In this document: piece after piece, positions 1-8,099 of the stretch
How positions within the stretch are numbered: position 1 is the stretch's first letter
Layout: each line of letters opens with the position of its first letter
From: an uncultured Dehalococcoidia bacterium
GTDB lineage: Bacteria > Chloroflexota > Dehalococcoidia > Lucifugimonadales > UBA3495
Length of the DNA stretch: 64,000 bases
Direction of reading: 5' to 3'
Assembly: GCA_964502995.1 (NCBI GenBank)
Contig: CAZCZB010000005.1
Location: forward strand, 39,540-103,539
The notes under the pieces: model-generated
What the model was told of the DNA's origin: nothing
Seen by the model: the letters and a program-made list of their open reading frames with translations, nothing else
The model's database searches: none
Program-made: the position numbers and the translations under genes

Positions 1-40
1 TCCCGAACCAACACCCGCGATCGAAACGCTGCGCCCCGAT

Positions 41-238
41 GTGGATTCAATCAGTTTAGAAAAGCCCGCTGCGCCGGTCCACTCAGTAATCTGTCCGCGC
101 TGCCGCCAGGTGAGTGAGCCAGGCGCTTTGTTTTGTTATTCCTGCGGGTTGCCATTGGACGAAGAAACGCCAGCCGTTACCTCGGGAACCCCGGTTGCAG
201 GCCAGCGTGCGGGATTCTGGATCCGATTTGGCGCCTGA
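41..238 (+). CDS. Zinc-ribbon segment, probably the N-terminal part of a zinc-ribbon/RDD membrane protein. The frame is open back to window position 2, so the true start may lie upstream.
   Basis: CPRC...CYSCG Cys pairs. The ORF ends ...AGFWIRFGA followed by TGA at 236-238, which is where RDD domains normally begin. Confidence 0.5.
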   Translation: MDSISLEKPAAPVHSVICPRCRQVSEPGALFCYSCGLPLDEETPAVTSGTPVAGQRAGFWIRFGA

Positions 239-250
239 GTCATAGATTTC

Positions 251-619
251 GTGGTTCTGGGAACGGTGGGATTCACGATGCTAGCCGTTTGGTTGGGGCT
301 TGAGGAATCTCTCAACGATGCAACCATAGGCTACTGGGCGTATCTGATTAACTTGCTGATTGGCGCGGCATACTACACGGGGTCGGTTTCGATTTGGTCA
401 ACCACCATAGGCAAACGCGTATTTGGCCTGTACATTCTGCGCGCGGACGGTACCAGGATCGGGGTTGGCCGGGCGTTCGCCAGATTTCTTGCCGGTTTTG
501 TGTCCGCCCTGTACCTGGGCATTGGATATTTGATGATAGGTCTGCGAAGAGATAAACGCGGTCTGCACGATCTGATCTGTGATACGGCGGTGGTGCGCGG
601 GCGTCCTCAGCGGGGTTGA
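251..619 (+). CDS. RDD family membrane protein, in the same frame as 41-238 and separated from it by one TGA
   Basis: Hydrophobic helices plus GKRVFGLYILRADGTRIG...RRDKRGLHDLICDTAVV, typical of RDD domains. The frame is identical to the upstream zinc-ribbon ORF. Confidence 0.6.
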   Translation: MVLGTVGFTMLAVWLGLEESLNDATIGYWAYLINLLIGAAYYTGSVSIWSTTIGKRVFGLYILRADGTRIGVGRAFARFLAGFVSALYLGIGYLMIGLRRDKRGLHDLICDTAVVRGRPQRG

Positions 620-1475
620 TTTGAACCTGCTCATATTCCCCTTGCTCGCGTTCACGCCGGGGATATTCTGGCTCTGGTTATTCGCACGCCGAAAGGTCTA
701 TCGTCCCGGACCGCGCCGGCTGTTGATATTCACGTTTCTCCTGGGCATGGCCGTAACTATTCCCGCCGGGTTTATCGAGTATTGGTTCCTGGACGAATCG
801 TTGACGTCAGACTCGGCCGATCTCGCATCGGTCGCCGTGGCGATGTTGTTTGTCGTGGGGCCGGTTGAGGAAACCTGCAAGTTTCTGGCCGTGCGGGCGC
901 TTGCCTACCGCTCGATGTATTTCGATGAACCTGCGGATGCGTTGGTGTACTGCGCTGCAGCCAGCCTGGGTTTCGCTTCTCTGGAAAACCTCGTGTACAT
1001 CGCGAGTTTCGGCCCCGCAGTGATGATCGGTCGCGCACCCCTCAGCACGTTGGGGCACCTGGTTTTCGGGAGTTTCTGGGGCTATGCGCTGAGCCGACAG
1101 ATTCGGAGCGGACGCCGCAGCAGGCTCCGGTTGTTGGCGGGGATCTGCCTGGCATCGCTGGTTCACGGCTTGTTCAACGTGTCTGTGTTCGTGCTGATTC
1201 CATTGGCCATTGGGTTGGTTGCCCTGGGCGCATTGTGGACGGCCCAACGGTTTGGCTGGGCACGGAGGGTCTCGCCATTCCGTTACCGGCGGAACTATCC
1301 GAACATGCCCTGCCCCAACTGCCACCAAAACATAAGAATCGTGAGCCGTTTTTGCCAGTTCTGTGGGTTGCCGGTTTCACTGCCGCCGGCCCGACTTGTC
1401 TGCGGCTATTGTTCCAATCCAAACCGGCCTGATGCGAGGTTCTGCACGCGCTGCGGCGACCAACTGCTACGATGA
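579..1475 (+). CDS. PrsW-family intramembrane metalloprotease with two C-terminal zinc ribbons. The real start is probably near 615-621, after the RDD stop.
   Basis: Motifs VEETCKF (EExxK), GFASLEN and HGLFN in a polytopic protein. The C-terminus carries CPNC...CQFCG and CGYC...CTRCG. Confidence 0.7.
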   Translation: MIRRWCAGVLSGVDLNLLIFPLLAFTPGIFWLWLFARRKVYRPGPRRLLIFTFLLGMAVTIPAGFIEYWFLDESLTSDSADLASVAVAMLFVVGPVEETCKFLAVRALAYRSMYFDEPADALVYCAAASLGFASLENLVYIASFGPAVMIGRAPLSTLGHLVFGSFWGYALSRQIRSGRRSRLRLLAGICLASLVHGLFNVSVFVLIPLAIGLVALGALWTAQRFGWARRVSPFRYRRNYPNMPCPNCHQNIRIVSRFCQFCGLPVSLPPARLVCGYCSNPNRPDARFCTRCGDQLLR

Positions 1476-1485
1476 TATCTACGCA

Positions 1486-1513
1486 TTGCCAGCGTTGCGG
1501 TTGCTTGTATAAT
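1486..1513 (+). promoter_or_regulatory. Sigma70-like promoter candidate upstream of the CoA-transferase operon
   Basis: TTGCCA (1486-1491), a 16-nt spacer, then TATAAT (1508-1513), about 50 nt upstream of the ATG at 1564. Confidence 0.4.
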
Positions 1514-1563
1514 GGCCCGCGTCGGCTTTTCGTCGACGCAAACCCTGCTGGGAGCCATTCCCG

Positions 1564-2262
1564 ATGAAGAACAAGGTCTATACCGATTTTGATTCCGCCG
1601 TCGCCGACATGAAGGACGGCATGACTTTTATGTCACCCGGCTTCGGCAACGTGGGTCTCGCCCGCAACCTGCTGGCCGCCGTCCACCGCCTGGGCGTCAA
1701 GGAACTCACCGGCATCTCCAACAACGCGGGCTCGCTGGACGACCGCGTTGACGTGGGTACGCTCATCGAGGCCGGCCAGGTCAAGAAGATGATCTGCGCC
1801 TTCACCGCGCCCACTCACCCGTCGCAGATCACCCCGTTCGTCCAGATGTACAACGACGACCTGCTGGACGCCGAACTGGTGCCCCAGGGCACCCTGGCCG
1901 AGCGGATGCGCGCGGCCGCGGCCGGCATTGGCGCGTTCTACACCCCCGCCAGCGTGGGCACCGAGTTGGCCGAGGGCAAGGAACACCGCGAGATCAACGG
2001 GCGCACCTACGTGCTGGAATTCCCGCTGCCCGCCGATTTCGCCCTCATACGCGCCTACCGCGCCGACACCTTCGGCAATCTGCAATTCCGGCTGACCCAG
2101 CGCAACTTCAACCCGATCATGGCCATGGCCGCCGACATCACCGTGGTGGAGGTGGAGGACAGCATCGTGGAGCCGGGAGAAATCGACCCCGACTGCGTCC
2201 ACGTGCCCGGCGTTTATGTTGACCGCCTGGTCAAAATTCCCGAGGACGGCATCTGGGACTGA
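1564..2262 (+). CDS. scoA: 3-oxoacid CoA-transferase subunit A (family I CoA transferase alpha)
   Basis: The N-terminus MKNKVYTDFDSAVADMKDGMTFMSPGFG and the overall sequence are typical of ScoA/AtoD. It is followed by the subunit B gene. Confidence 0.85.
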   Translation: MKNKVYTDFDSAVADMKDGMTFMSPGFGNVGLARNLLAAVHRLGVKELTGISNNAGSLDDRVDVGTLIEAGQVKKMICAFTAPTHPSQITPFVQMYNDDLLDAELVPQGTLAERMRAAAAGIGAFYTPASVGTELAEGKEHREINGRTYVLEFPLPADFALIRAYRADTFGNLQFRLTQRNFNPIMAMAADITVVEVEDSIVEPGEIDPDCVHVPGVYVDRLVKIPEDGIWD

Positions 2263-2276
2263 CCCGCTGTCACCAC

Positions 2277-2304
2277 GTAGGGGCGAATAATCAACCGCCC
2301 TTAC
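2277..2304. repeat. Degenerate copy of REP family A in the scoA-scoB spacer
   Basis: gtaggggcgaataatcaaccgcccttac, compared with the perfect palindrome gtaggggcgaataattattcgcccctac at 7977. Confidence 0.6.
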
Positions 2305-2348
2305 CCTGCCGCCAGGACCCGTAGGCGAAAACCAAAGGAGCCCGACCA

Positions 2349-3038
2349 ATGACTACCGCCGACAAACCGCGCCTTTCCCGGCAGACCATGTGCGACCGCC
2401 TGGCCATGGAGTTCCAGGACGGCTGGATCGTGAACCTGGGCGTGGGTATGCCCACACTGTGCTCCAACTACCTGGAGTGCGAGCCGGACAAGGAGATCAT
2501 TTTCCACTCCGAAAACGGTGTGATCGGTTTCGGCCCGCTGGCTCCCGCCGGCGAGGAAGACAGGCACCTGGTCAACGCCGGCGGTCAGAACGTTGTCGCG
2601 CTGCCCGGCATGGCAATCGTCCACCACGCCGATTCGTTCGGCCTGATCCGCAAGGGGATGGTGGACGTTACGGTTATGGGCGCCTACGAGGTATCCGAGA
2701 ACGGCGACTTCGCCAACTGGCGCATACCCGTGCGAAAAGGCGGCGGAATCGGCGGCGCGATGGATCTGGCGGCGTGCGCCAAACGGGTGTTCATCGCCAT
2801 GGAGCACAACCAGCGCAACGGCGCGCCCCGCGTGCTCAAGACCTGCAACCTGCCCATCACGGCCCCGGGAGCGGTCAAACTGCTGGCCACCGACCTTGGC
2901 CTCTTCGAGATTACCGAAGCAGGGTTCGTGCTCAAAGAACACGCTCCCGGCTGGTCTCCAGAGGACATCCAGGAGCAAACCGAGGCCCAACTGATCATCG
3001 CCGACGACCTGCGAGAGATACGGGTGCGACCGGAGTAA
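2349..3038 (+). CDS. scoB: 3-oxoacid CoA-transferase subunit B
   Basis: Contains HSENGVIGFGP and the SENGDFANW catalytic-Glu region. Size and order match ScoB/AtoA. Confidence 0.85.
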   Translation: MTTADKPRLSRQTMCDRLAMEFQDGWIVNLGVGMPTLCSNYLECEPDKEIIFHSENGVIGFGPLAPAGEEDRHLVNAGGQNVVALPGMAIVHHADSFGLIRKGMVDVTVMGAYEVSENGDFANWRIPVRKGGGIGGAMDLAACAKRVFIAMEHNQRNGAPRVLKTCNLPITAPGAVKLLATDLGLFEITEAGFVLKEHAPGWSPEDIQEQTEAQLIIADDLREIRVRPE

Positions 3039-3060
3039 CGGCATCGCCATCGCAACGAAA

Positions 3061-3095
3061 ACGGGCGGCCAGGGATGGCCGCCCGTATTTCATTG
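3061..3095. terminator. Bidirectional intrinsic terminator between convergent genes
   Basis: An 11-bp stem acgggcggcca/tggccgcccgt with a ggga loop. It is flanked by T-rich runs on both strands (atttcatt on +, tttcgtt on -). Confidence 0.6.
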
Positions 3096-3728
3096 TGCAG
3101 GGAACCACCGCTGCAATGTGTTCCTGAATTTTTGGAACGCGCGGTCCTGGCAACGATTGAGGCTAACGCGGCGGGCGAGGTCGGCGAATAACTTGGCGGA
3201 TATATGCCCTCTCTGCCTGTTCAATGCAGCGTCGATTGCTGCCTTGGGGTCTTCAGGTTTCAATTCGCCAACCCGCAAAAATCCCTCTGTTTCGAACCAA
3301 TCCTTGATAGGCATACTTTGCGACCAGCGCACCACGTTCTGAATGTCGCGGTAAGTTGCGCCGAAAATCCACGTCTCCAATTCCGGCGCAATAACAATGA
3401 ACGCAACTGAGTCGGGAGTCCACCCCACTCTGTAGTACTGCTGCTCGAGGTTCTGTTCAATATCGTCCGGTGCGATATTGCTGGCACCACAGCCGTCGAA
3501 GTCGAACACGACCATCATTCTGCGATAATTTGCGCGTAAAGGGTTGAGCAATTTTTCTGAGGCGGTCAAGCAACCGGGATCGCTGTCAGGATGGCGTATG
3601 ACGTCGACATCAATGTCAGATATCTGCAGAGAAGACTGACGGTACCGCAATAGGGTTTCCACGGCAATTCGGATATGTGTGTCCGCGGTCAGGACCAATA
3701 GATCTTTAATTGCCGGATTCCTGATCAC
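3090..3728 (-). CDS. Small Toprim-like / DUF4276-like protein, partner of the upstream ATPase (assignment tentative)
   Basis: 212 aa. The GTG start overlaps the ATPase stop (GTGA at 3725-3728). It has an acidic VVFDFDG (DxD-like) motif and a later APELETWI motif. This size and position are typical of small nuclease partners of AAA_15/AAA_21 ATPases. Local G+C is lower. Confidence 0.45.
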   Translation of the reverse strand: MIRNPAIKDLLVLTADTHIRIAVETLLRYRQSSLQISDIDVDVIRHPDSDPGCLTASEKLLNPLRANYRRMMVVFDFDGCGASNIAPDDIEQNLEQQYYRVGWTPDSVAFIVIAPELETWIFGATYRDIQNVVRWSQSMPIKDWFETEGFLRVGELKPEDPKAAIDAALNRQRGHISAKLFADLARRVSLNRCQDRAFQKFRNTLQRWFPAQ

Positions 3729-5002
3729 GCGAGTATCCCTGATGCGTAAAAAGTGCCCAAATCGACTTGATACTGCCAGTTTTGCAAGCGGGGGTGCGAC
3801 TCTCCATGGACTATATCAACCAACCCATCCTCAGTTTTGCTGAAGCACATCAAATCCCTGGGTTTTGCGATGGCAACAAACTGTGGCGAATGGGTTGCCA
3901 ACATCATTTGGGCATTGTACACCGAAGACAGCGAGTCAAACGCGGCTTGCAAACCTCCTGGATGAATACCATTTTCTGGTTCCTCGATCATGTACAAGCC
4001 ATAAGTTTCCGGCATATATGCTAACAAGGTGAGTGCCAGTAACCTCAGGGTTCCATCAGAAACTTTCCAGGACGGCACTTCCAGGTTGTTGCTGTATTTC
4101 ACCATCAAGTATTTGTGGCCATCATCGCTGCGGTGTTCCACTCGCACCGATTCAAACCCATCCAACGCGAATTGGATGTGCCCCATCCAATCGGCTGCAC
4201 GGTCAGGGTTTTGTTTTATCAGCGCGTCGGCTACCCACGGCACGTTGGAACCATCGGGAAGGAAATCTCTTCCTGCACCAGGCGGACTTGCTTGCCGCAT
4301 GCGTTCACTGTTTAACGATAACGCAGTCATCCCATCTCTGAGGTAAGCCAATATACGGGTAGTCACAGGATATTCGTCGACGGTGTCGGGCAGTATCGAC
4401 ATCGCAGAGCGTTCCGCACCCAAGTTGAACGCGGCACGCCAACCTTCAGCGCCAGTTTTTTGGACGGTTTCGGGGTAATATCTGCTGCGACCATTCCGGC
4501 TCTTTCCAAAAATGGTGCGCCTACCACGGCCTCCACGTTGAACCATGGTTGACACTGGCGCCAAAGGCTCTGGAAAAAAGTTCAACTGCCTGCCCCTGAA
4601 AGGTAACCCAGGAAGTAAAGCCCCTCTTTCTTCCTCGATACCTATTCGCATTGTTTCCGGGTTCATGCCTACCGCCAGTGTATATCTGAACGACTTGTAA
4701 CCCCGGTCAGATGGTAACAACGCTCGAACCTCGTCCGGCAGGCCAAACTCCAGCGCGATCTCAAACCGCTGCTCCTCTGGATCGTCGGGCCGGCCCCATA
4801 CCAGATCGGCAAAGTTCGAGGTGCGTTTCCTCCAGGCTGCCTCCACTCCATCCCGCACCACGTCGGACACGAACTTGATGGCATCCATCAGCGTGCTTTT
4901 GCCGCTGGCGTTGGGGCCAATGAGCACGTGAAAGCGGTCCATCGGCACATCTACGTACCGCAGGCAACCGTAGTTGAGCACTTGTATGCGGTTGATGATC
5001 AT
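3725..5002 (-). CDS. ABC-type (AAA_15/AAA_21, SMC-like) ATPase, not a transporter subunit
   Basis: Walker A GPNASGKST, signature-like VSDGTLRLLAL, Walker B LYMIEEPENGIHP and H-loop ATHSP. There are no TM segments. Confidence 0.75.
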   Translation of the reverse strand: MIINRIQVLNYGCLRYVDVPMDRFHVLIGPNASGKSTLMDAIKFVSDVVRDGVEAAWRKRTSNFADLVWGRPDDPEEQRFEIALEFGLPDEVRALLPSDRGYKSFRYTLAVGMNPETMRIGIEEERGALLPGLPFRGRQLNFFPEPLAPVSTMVQRGGRGRRTIFGKSRNGRSRYYPETVQKTGAEGWRAAFNLGAERSAMSILPDTVDEYPVTTRILAYLRDGMTALSLNSERMRQASPPGAGRDFLPDGSNVPWVADALIKQNPDRAADWMGHIQFALDGFESVRVEHRSDDGHKYLMVKYSNNLEVPSWKVSDGTLRLLALTLLAYMPETYGLYMIEEPENGIHPGGLQAAFDSLSSVYNAQMMLATHSPQFVAIAKPRDLMCFSKTEDGLVDIVHGESHPRLQNWQYQVDLGTFYASGILA

Positions 5003-5045
5003 TGGATGCCTTCACGTGCATCGGTAGCGGTGGGAGTGAAGTGCC

Positions 5046-5798
5046 CTACCCGAAATACCCCTGACCTCCGTTGACGTGCAGGGTTTGGCCGGTTACGAAC
5101 CCGCCGTCGTCGGTGCAGAGGAACGTGATGGCCGACGCGATCTCCTCCGGCTTGCCCTGGCGTCCCAGCGGGATGCCCGACGAATCGGGCACGCGGCCGG
5201 CGTACCACTCCGGATTGGCGCGGGACGTGTCGATGCTGCCGGGAGCGATCACGTTGACCCTGATGTTGTGGGGCGCGAACTCCGAGGCCAGGGCACGGGC
5301 CATGCCCACCAGCCCCATCTTGGCCGCCGATACGTGCGCCCGCAGCGGACTGCCCCGGAACGCGCCGTCCCCGGTGAGGAAAACGATGCGCCCGAAGTTG
5401 TTGGCGACCATCTGCTCAATGACGCCCCGCGTCGTGTAGAAGGAACCGTCCAGCACCACGCCCCGCACGTGCTCCCAATCCTCCAGCGTAAGCTCGGTGA
5501 ACGGCTTGTGAGGGCGAATGGCCGCGTTGTTCACCAGGATGTCGATGCGCCCGAAGGTGGACATGGCCGCGTCTATCATGGCGTCAACCTGTTCCTTGCT
5601 GGACACGTCTGCGATCACCGGCAGCGCCTTGACTCCCAATTCCTCCACCGCGGCGGCGGTAGCCTCTGCCTCATCGTGGTTGCTGCGCGCGTTGACCACG
5701 ATGTTCGCTCCCTCCGATGCCATCATCAACGCCGTCGATCGCCCGATGTTGCGTCCCGACCCGGTAATCAATGCCACTCTGCCGTCCAATTTGCCCAT
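5046..5798 (-). CDS. SDR-family oxidoreductase (FabG-like)
   Basis: MGKLDGRVALITGSGRNIGR (TGxxxGIG-type) together with NNAA, a SAAK-type YxxxK region and PGSIDT. An ATG at 5798 is preceded by AGGAGA. The ORF is open to 5939, but that extension has no homology-like sequence. Confidence 0.8.
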   Translation of the reverse strand: MGKLDGRVALITGSGRNIGRSTALMMASEGANIVVNARSNHDEAEATAAAVEELGVKALPVIADVSSKEQVDAMIDAAMSTFGRIDILVNNAAIRPHKPFTELTLEDWEHVRGVVLDGSFYTTRGVIEQMVANNFGRIVFLTGDGAFRGSPLRAHVSAAKMGLVGMARALASEFAPHNIRVNVIAPGSIDTSRANPEWYAGRVPDSSGIPLGRQGKPEEIASAITFLCTDDGGFVTGQTLHVNGGQGYFG

Positions 5799-5930
5799 TA
5801 TCACGTCTCCTTGATCAGTCGTATATCGAGGTCGATTCAGGGCGGACGCGCGATGATGTGACGGCGCAATTGCCCCGGTTGGTTGACGCATTATAGCGCA
5901 GGAAATCGGCCGCCCGGATATACTATTTCC

Positions 5931-7907
5931 ATGCGCCACCTAAGTATCCTGATCTCGCTTCTGCTGCTGGGAGCCGTATTGGCGTGCAACGGCGACCCTG
6001 AAATCAGCGCGGAGTCGGCGCGGGCGACGATTGAGGCCGCCGTTTCTGACCTCAACCGGAACGTGGCGCCGGAAGACACCCGCACGCCGACGCCGGCAGT
6101 CCGCTACACCCCGTCTGATTTGCCCACCGCGACACCGTCTCCGGAGCCTGTCGCCCAGCCCACCGCCGGCGGCCGTGACTTTCGGACACTCACCAACGCG
6201 GCATACCTGGAGCAATCTGTGCCGCAGTCTGCGGACGCCATAAAGGCCCTGCCCTGGATCGCCGACGGAATCGCCGATGCAGAACTGGAAACTGCCGAAC
6301 ACCTGACGCAACTCGCCGCATTCCAGCCGACGGCGTTCTGGACCCTGGTGGCCATTCCCTGGCTGCAGGACGACGTTACGAAACCGGAAGCGTCCGCGAT
6401 TACAAGCGCCGTGATAATTTCCCAGCGCGACGAGGCGACAGCGGCGTTGTTGTTCAGCCTGGCCTGGGTTTCCGACGAAATCACCGACACCGAGGATGAA
6501 CTGGTCGCAAACATCGCCCGAATCTCCCAGTCGGACCCGGCCGGCGCGGCCCAGATCGTGGCCATGCCGTTCCTGCAGACCATAGAGGCCCGCGATATTG
6601 CGGCTCTCGGTTCGTTGCAGCAGTTGGCCTATCTCAACCCGGGTGTGTTCCGGTACGTTCTCGAACACCCCACCCTGAGCGGCGGAATCACCCACGACTG
6701 GGCTACCATCGTCGCCACTATGCACGGCGTCAGCCGGACCAATCCGGGCCTGATCGACGTGCTACTGGATGTCAATCGAGTCGGCGTGGAATCACGCACG
6801 ATTGACCTGCCGTTGTCGGGTCCCGTGGAAATGACCATCATCCGCACCGGCCCGGGCGCGCGGCGCAGCATGGACCTGCTGGAAACGGCGGTGCGCAATT
6901 CCGAGCAGTTCATGGCCGCGCCGATGCCCATGGGCCACGTCATCGTGCTATTCGAGCTTGCCGTTGCGGGATCGTCGGCCGGCACCAACTTTGGCTCCAG
7001 CATTTCCATCCGTCCCAAGTTCGACGTTGACGATGATAGCCATGAGGCCCAGACGGCCGGCCACATCATCGCCCACGAGGTTGCCCACTACTACTGGAAC
7101 CACAACGCCGACTGGGTCGATGAAGGAGCGGCTGAACTGATCGCCTCCGCGTCCGAGTATGCCCGCGTTGGCCGGGCTCTGGAGGCCATCAACTATCCTT
7201 GCGGATACGCGCCGAACATCGCGGCGCTGGAAGCCCTGAACGCCCAGCGAGAATCGGGCGCATTCACCTGCAATTACTCCATGGGCGAACGCATCTTACT
7301 GGATCTCTATCGCACCCTTGGGGATACCGACTTCAGGGAGGGCTTCCGCACGCTGTATGGATTGTCCGCTGTCGAGGACGACGCCGACGACTTTCCGGGA
7401 ACGGCGGTCGGCATCAATGAGGTCCGCGCCGCCTTCCGGCAGGCCAGCGGCAACGCTGCTGTGGACACATCGGTCGCCCGCTGGTTCGACGGCAGCGCGC
7501 CTTACGACGTGTCCACCCTGGACACCGGGGGCGTAGACTCGATATTGCCCGATATTCAGGGGCGCATAGACCGTGCCTTCATCAGTTTCACCGAGGACGG
7601 CCAGCCGGTCGACCAGTTTTCGGCCAGTGATTTCACCGGTCCGGTGCTGCTGCACCTGCAATACTCGTTCCAGGCCCTGACCGCTCCGTCAACTGTTCAC
7701 CTCCAGATCGTGGAATCTTACCAGGACGGGTTCACATTCCGGCGTCGCGATTCGACCATCAACGCGCGGCCGGGATTCCAGGGCGGCACTCAATGGCTGC
7801 AGGTTGGGCCGGCCCTGGGCGGGCGCTGGGCGCCGGGTTGGCACCAGGTCCAGGTGTATGAAAGCGGCCGCAAGGTGGCAGAGGTGCAGTACACGGTGAC
7901 GCCGTAA
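5931..7907 (+). CDS. Secreted lipoprotein, gluzincin-type (HExxH...E) zinc metalloprotease
   Basis: The signal peptide MRHLSILISLLLLGAVLAC ends in a lipobox-like LAC. The protein carries HEVAHYYW followed by DEGAAEL. Confidence 0.6.
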   Translation: MRHLSILISLLLLGAVLACNGDPEISAESARATIEAAVSDLNRNVAPEDTRTPTPAVRYTPSDLPTATPSPEPVAQPTAGGRDFRTLTNAAYLEQSVPQSADAIKALPWIADGIADAELETAEHLTQLAAFQPTAFWTLVAIPWLQDDVTKPEASAITSAVIISQRDEATAALLFSLAWVSDEITDTEDELVANIARISQSDPAGAAQIVAMPFLQTIEARDIAALGSLQQLAYLNPGVFRYVLEHPTLSGGITHDWATIVATMHGVSRTNPGLIDVLLDVNRVGVESRTIDLPLSGPVEMTIIRTGPGARRSMDLLETAVRNSEQFMAAPMPMGHVIVLFELAVAGSSAGTNFGSSISIRPKFDVDDDSHEAQTAGHIIAHEVAHYYWNHNADWVDEGAAELIASASEYARVGRALEAINYPCGYAPNIAALEALNAQRESGAFTCNYSMGERILLDLYRTLGDTDFREGFRTLYGLSAVEDDADDFPGTAVGINEVRAAFRQASGNAAVDTSVARWFDGSAPYDVSTLDTGGVDSILPDIQGRIDRAFISFTEDGQPVDQFSASDFTGPVLLHLQYSFQALTAPSTVHLQIVESYQDGFTFRRRDSTINARPGFQGGTQWLQVGPALGGRWAPGWHQVQVYESGRKVAEVQYTVTP

Positions 7908-7976
7908 GAACCAGCGGTCGAGTTTCCTGTCTATCCGTACCGGAGTGGTGTGGTGATAAGGCGGACACTCAAAATC

Positions 7977-8004
7977 GTAGGGGCGAATAATTATTCGCCC
8001 CTAC
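7977..8004. repeat. REP family A, a perfect 28-bp palindrome
   Basis: gtaggggcgaataa|ttattcgcccctac. Related copies lie at 2277, 10399, 62399, 62480 and 63666. Confidence 0.9.
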
Positions 8005-8045
8005 CCGTTGCAACGACACAGCCGAAGTTGATCCGGTGTTCCACT

Positions 8046-8074
8046 GTAGGGGCGGGTTTGAAACCTGCCCCTAC
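8046..8074. repeat. REP family B palindrome
   Basis: gtaggggcgggtttgaaacctgcccctac. Related copies lie at 31077, 34448, 51592, 62596 and, degenerate, 63532. Confidence 0.9.
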
Positions 8075-8099
8075 GCCGGCCGGAGATTCAAAGGACCCG

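Noticed and set aside
236-238. TGA read as selenocysteine or as a reassigned codon
   Set aside because: TGA terminates several well-defined genes in the window. I see no obvious hairpin immediately downstream. The formate dehydrogenase here is the NAD-dependent, non-seleno type. Nothing else suggests selenoprotein machinery.
2390-3127. 245-aa Arg-rich ORF overlapping scoB in another frame
   Set aside because: It is an out-of-frame read of a well-supported CoA-transferase B gene with extreme Arg/Gly/Pro composition.
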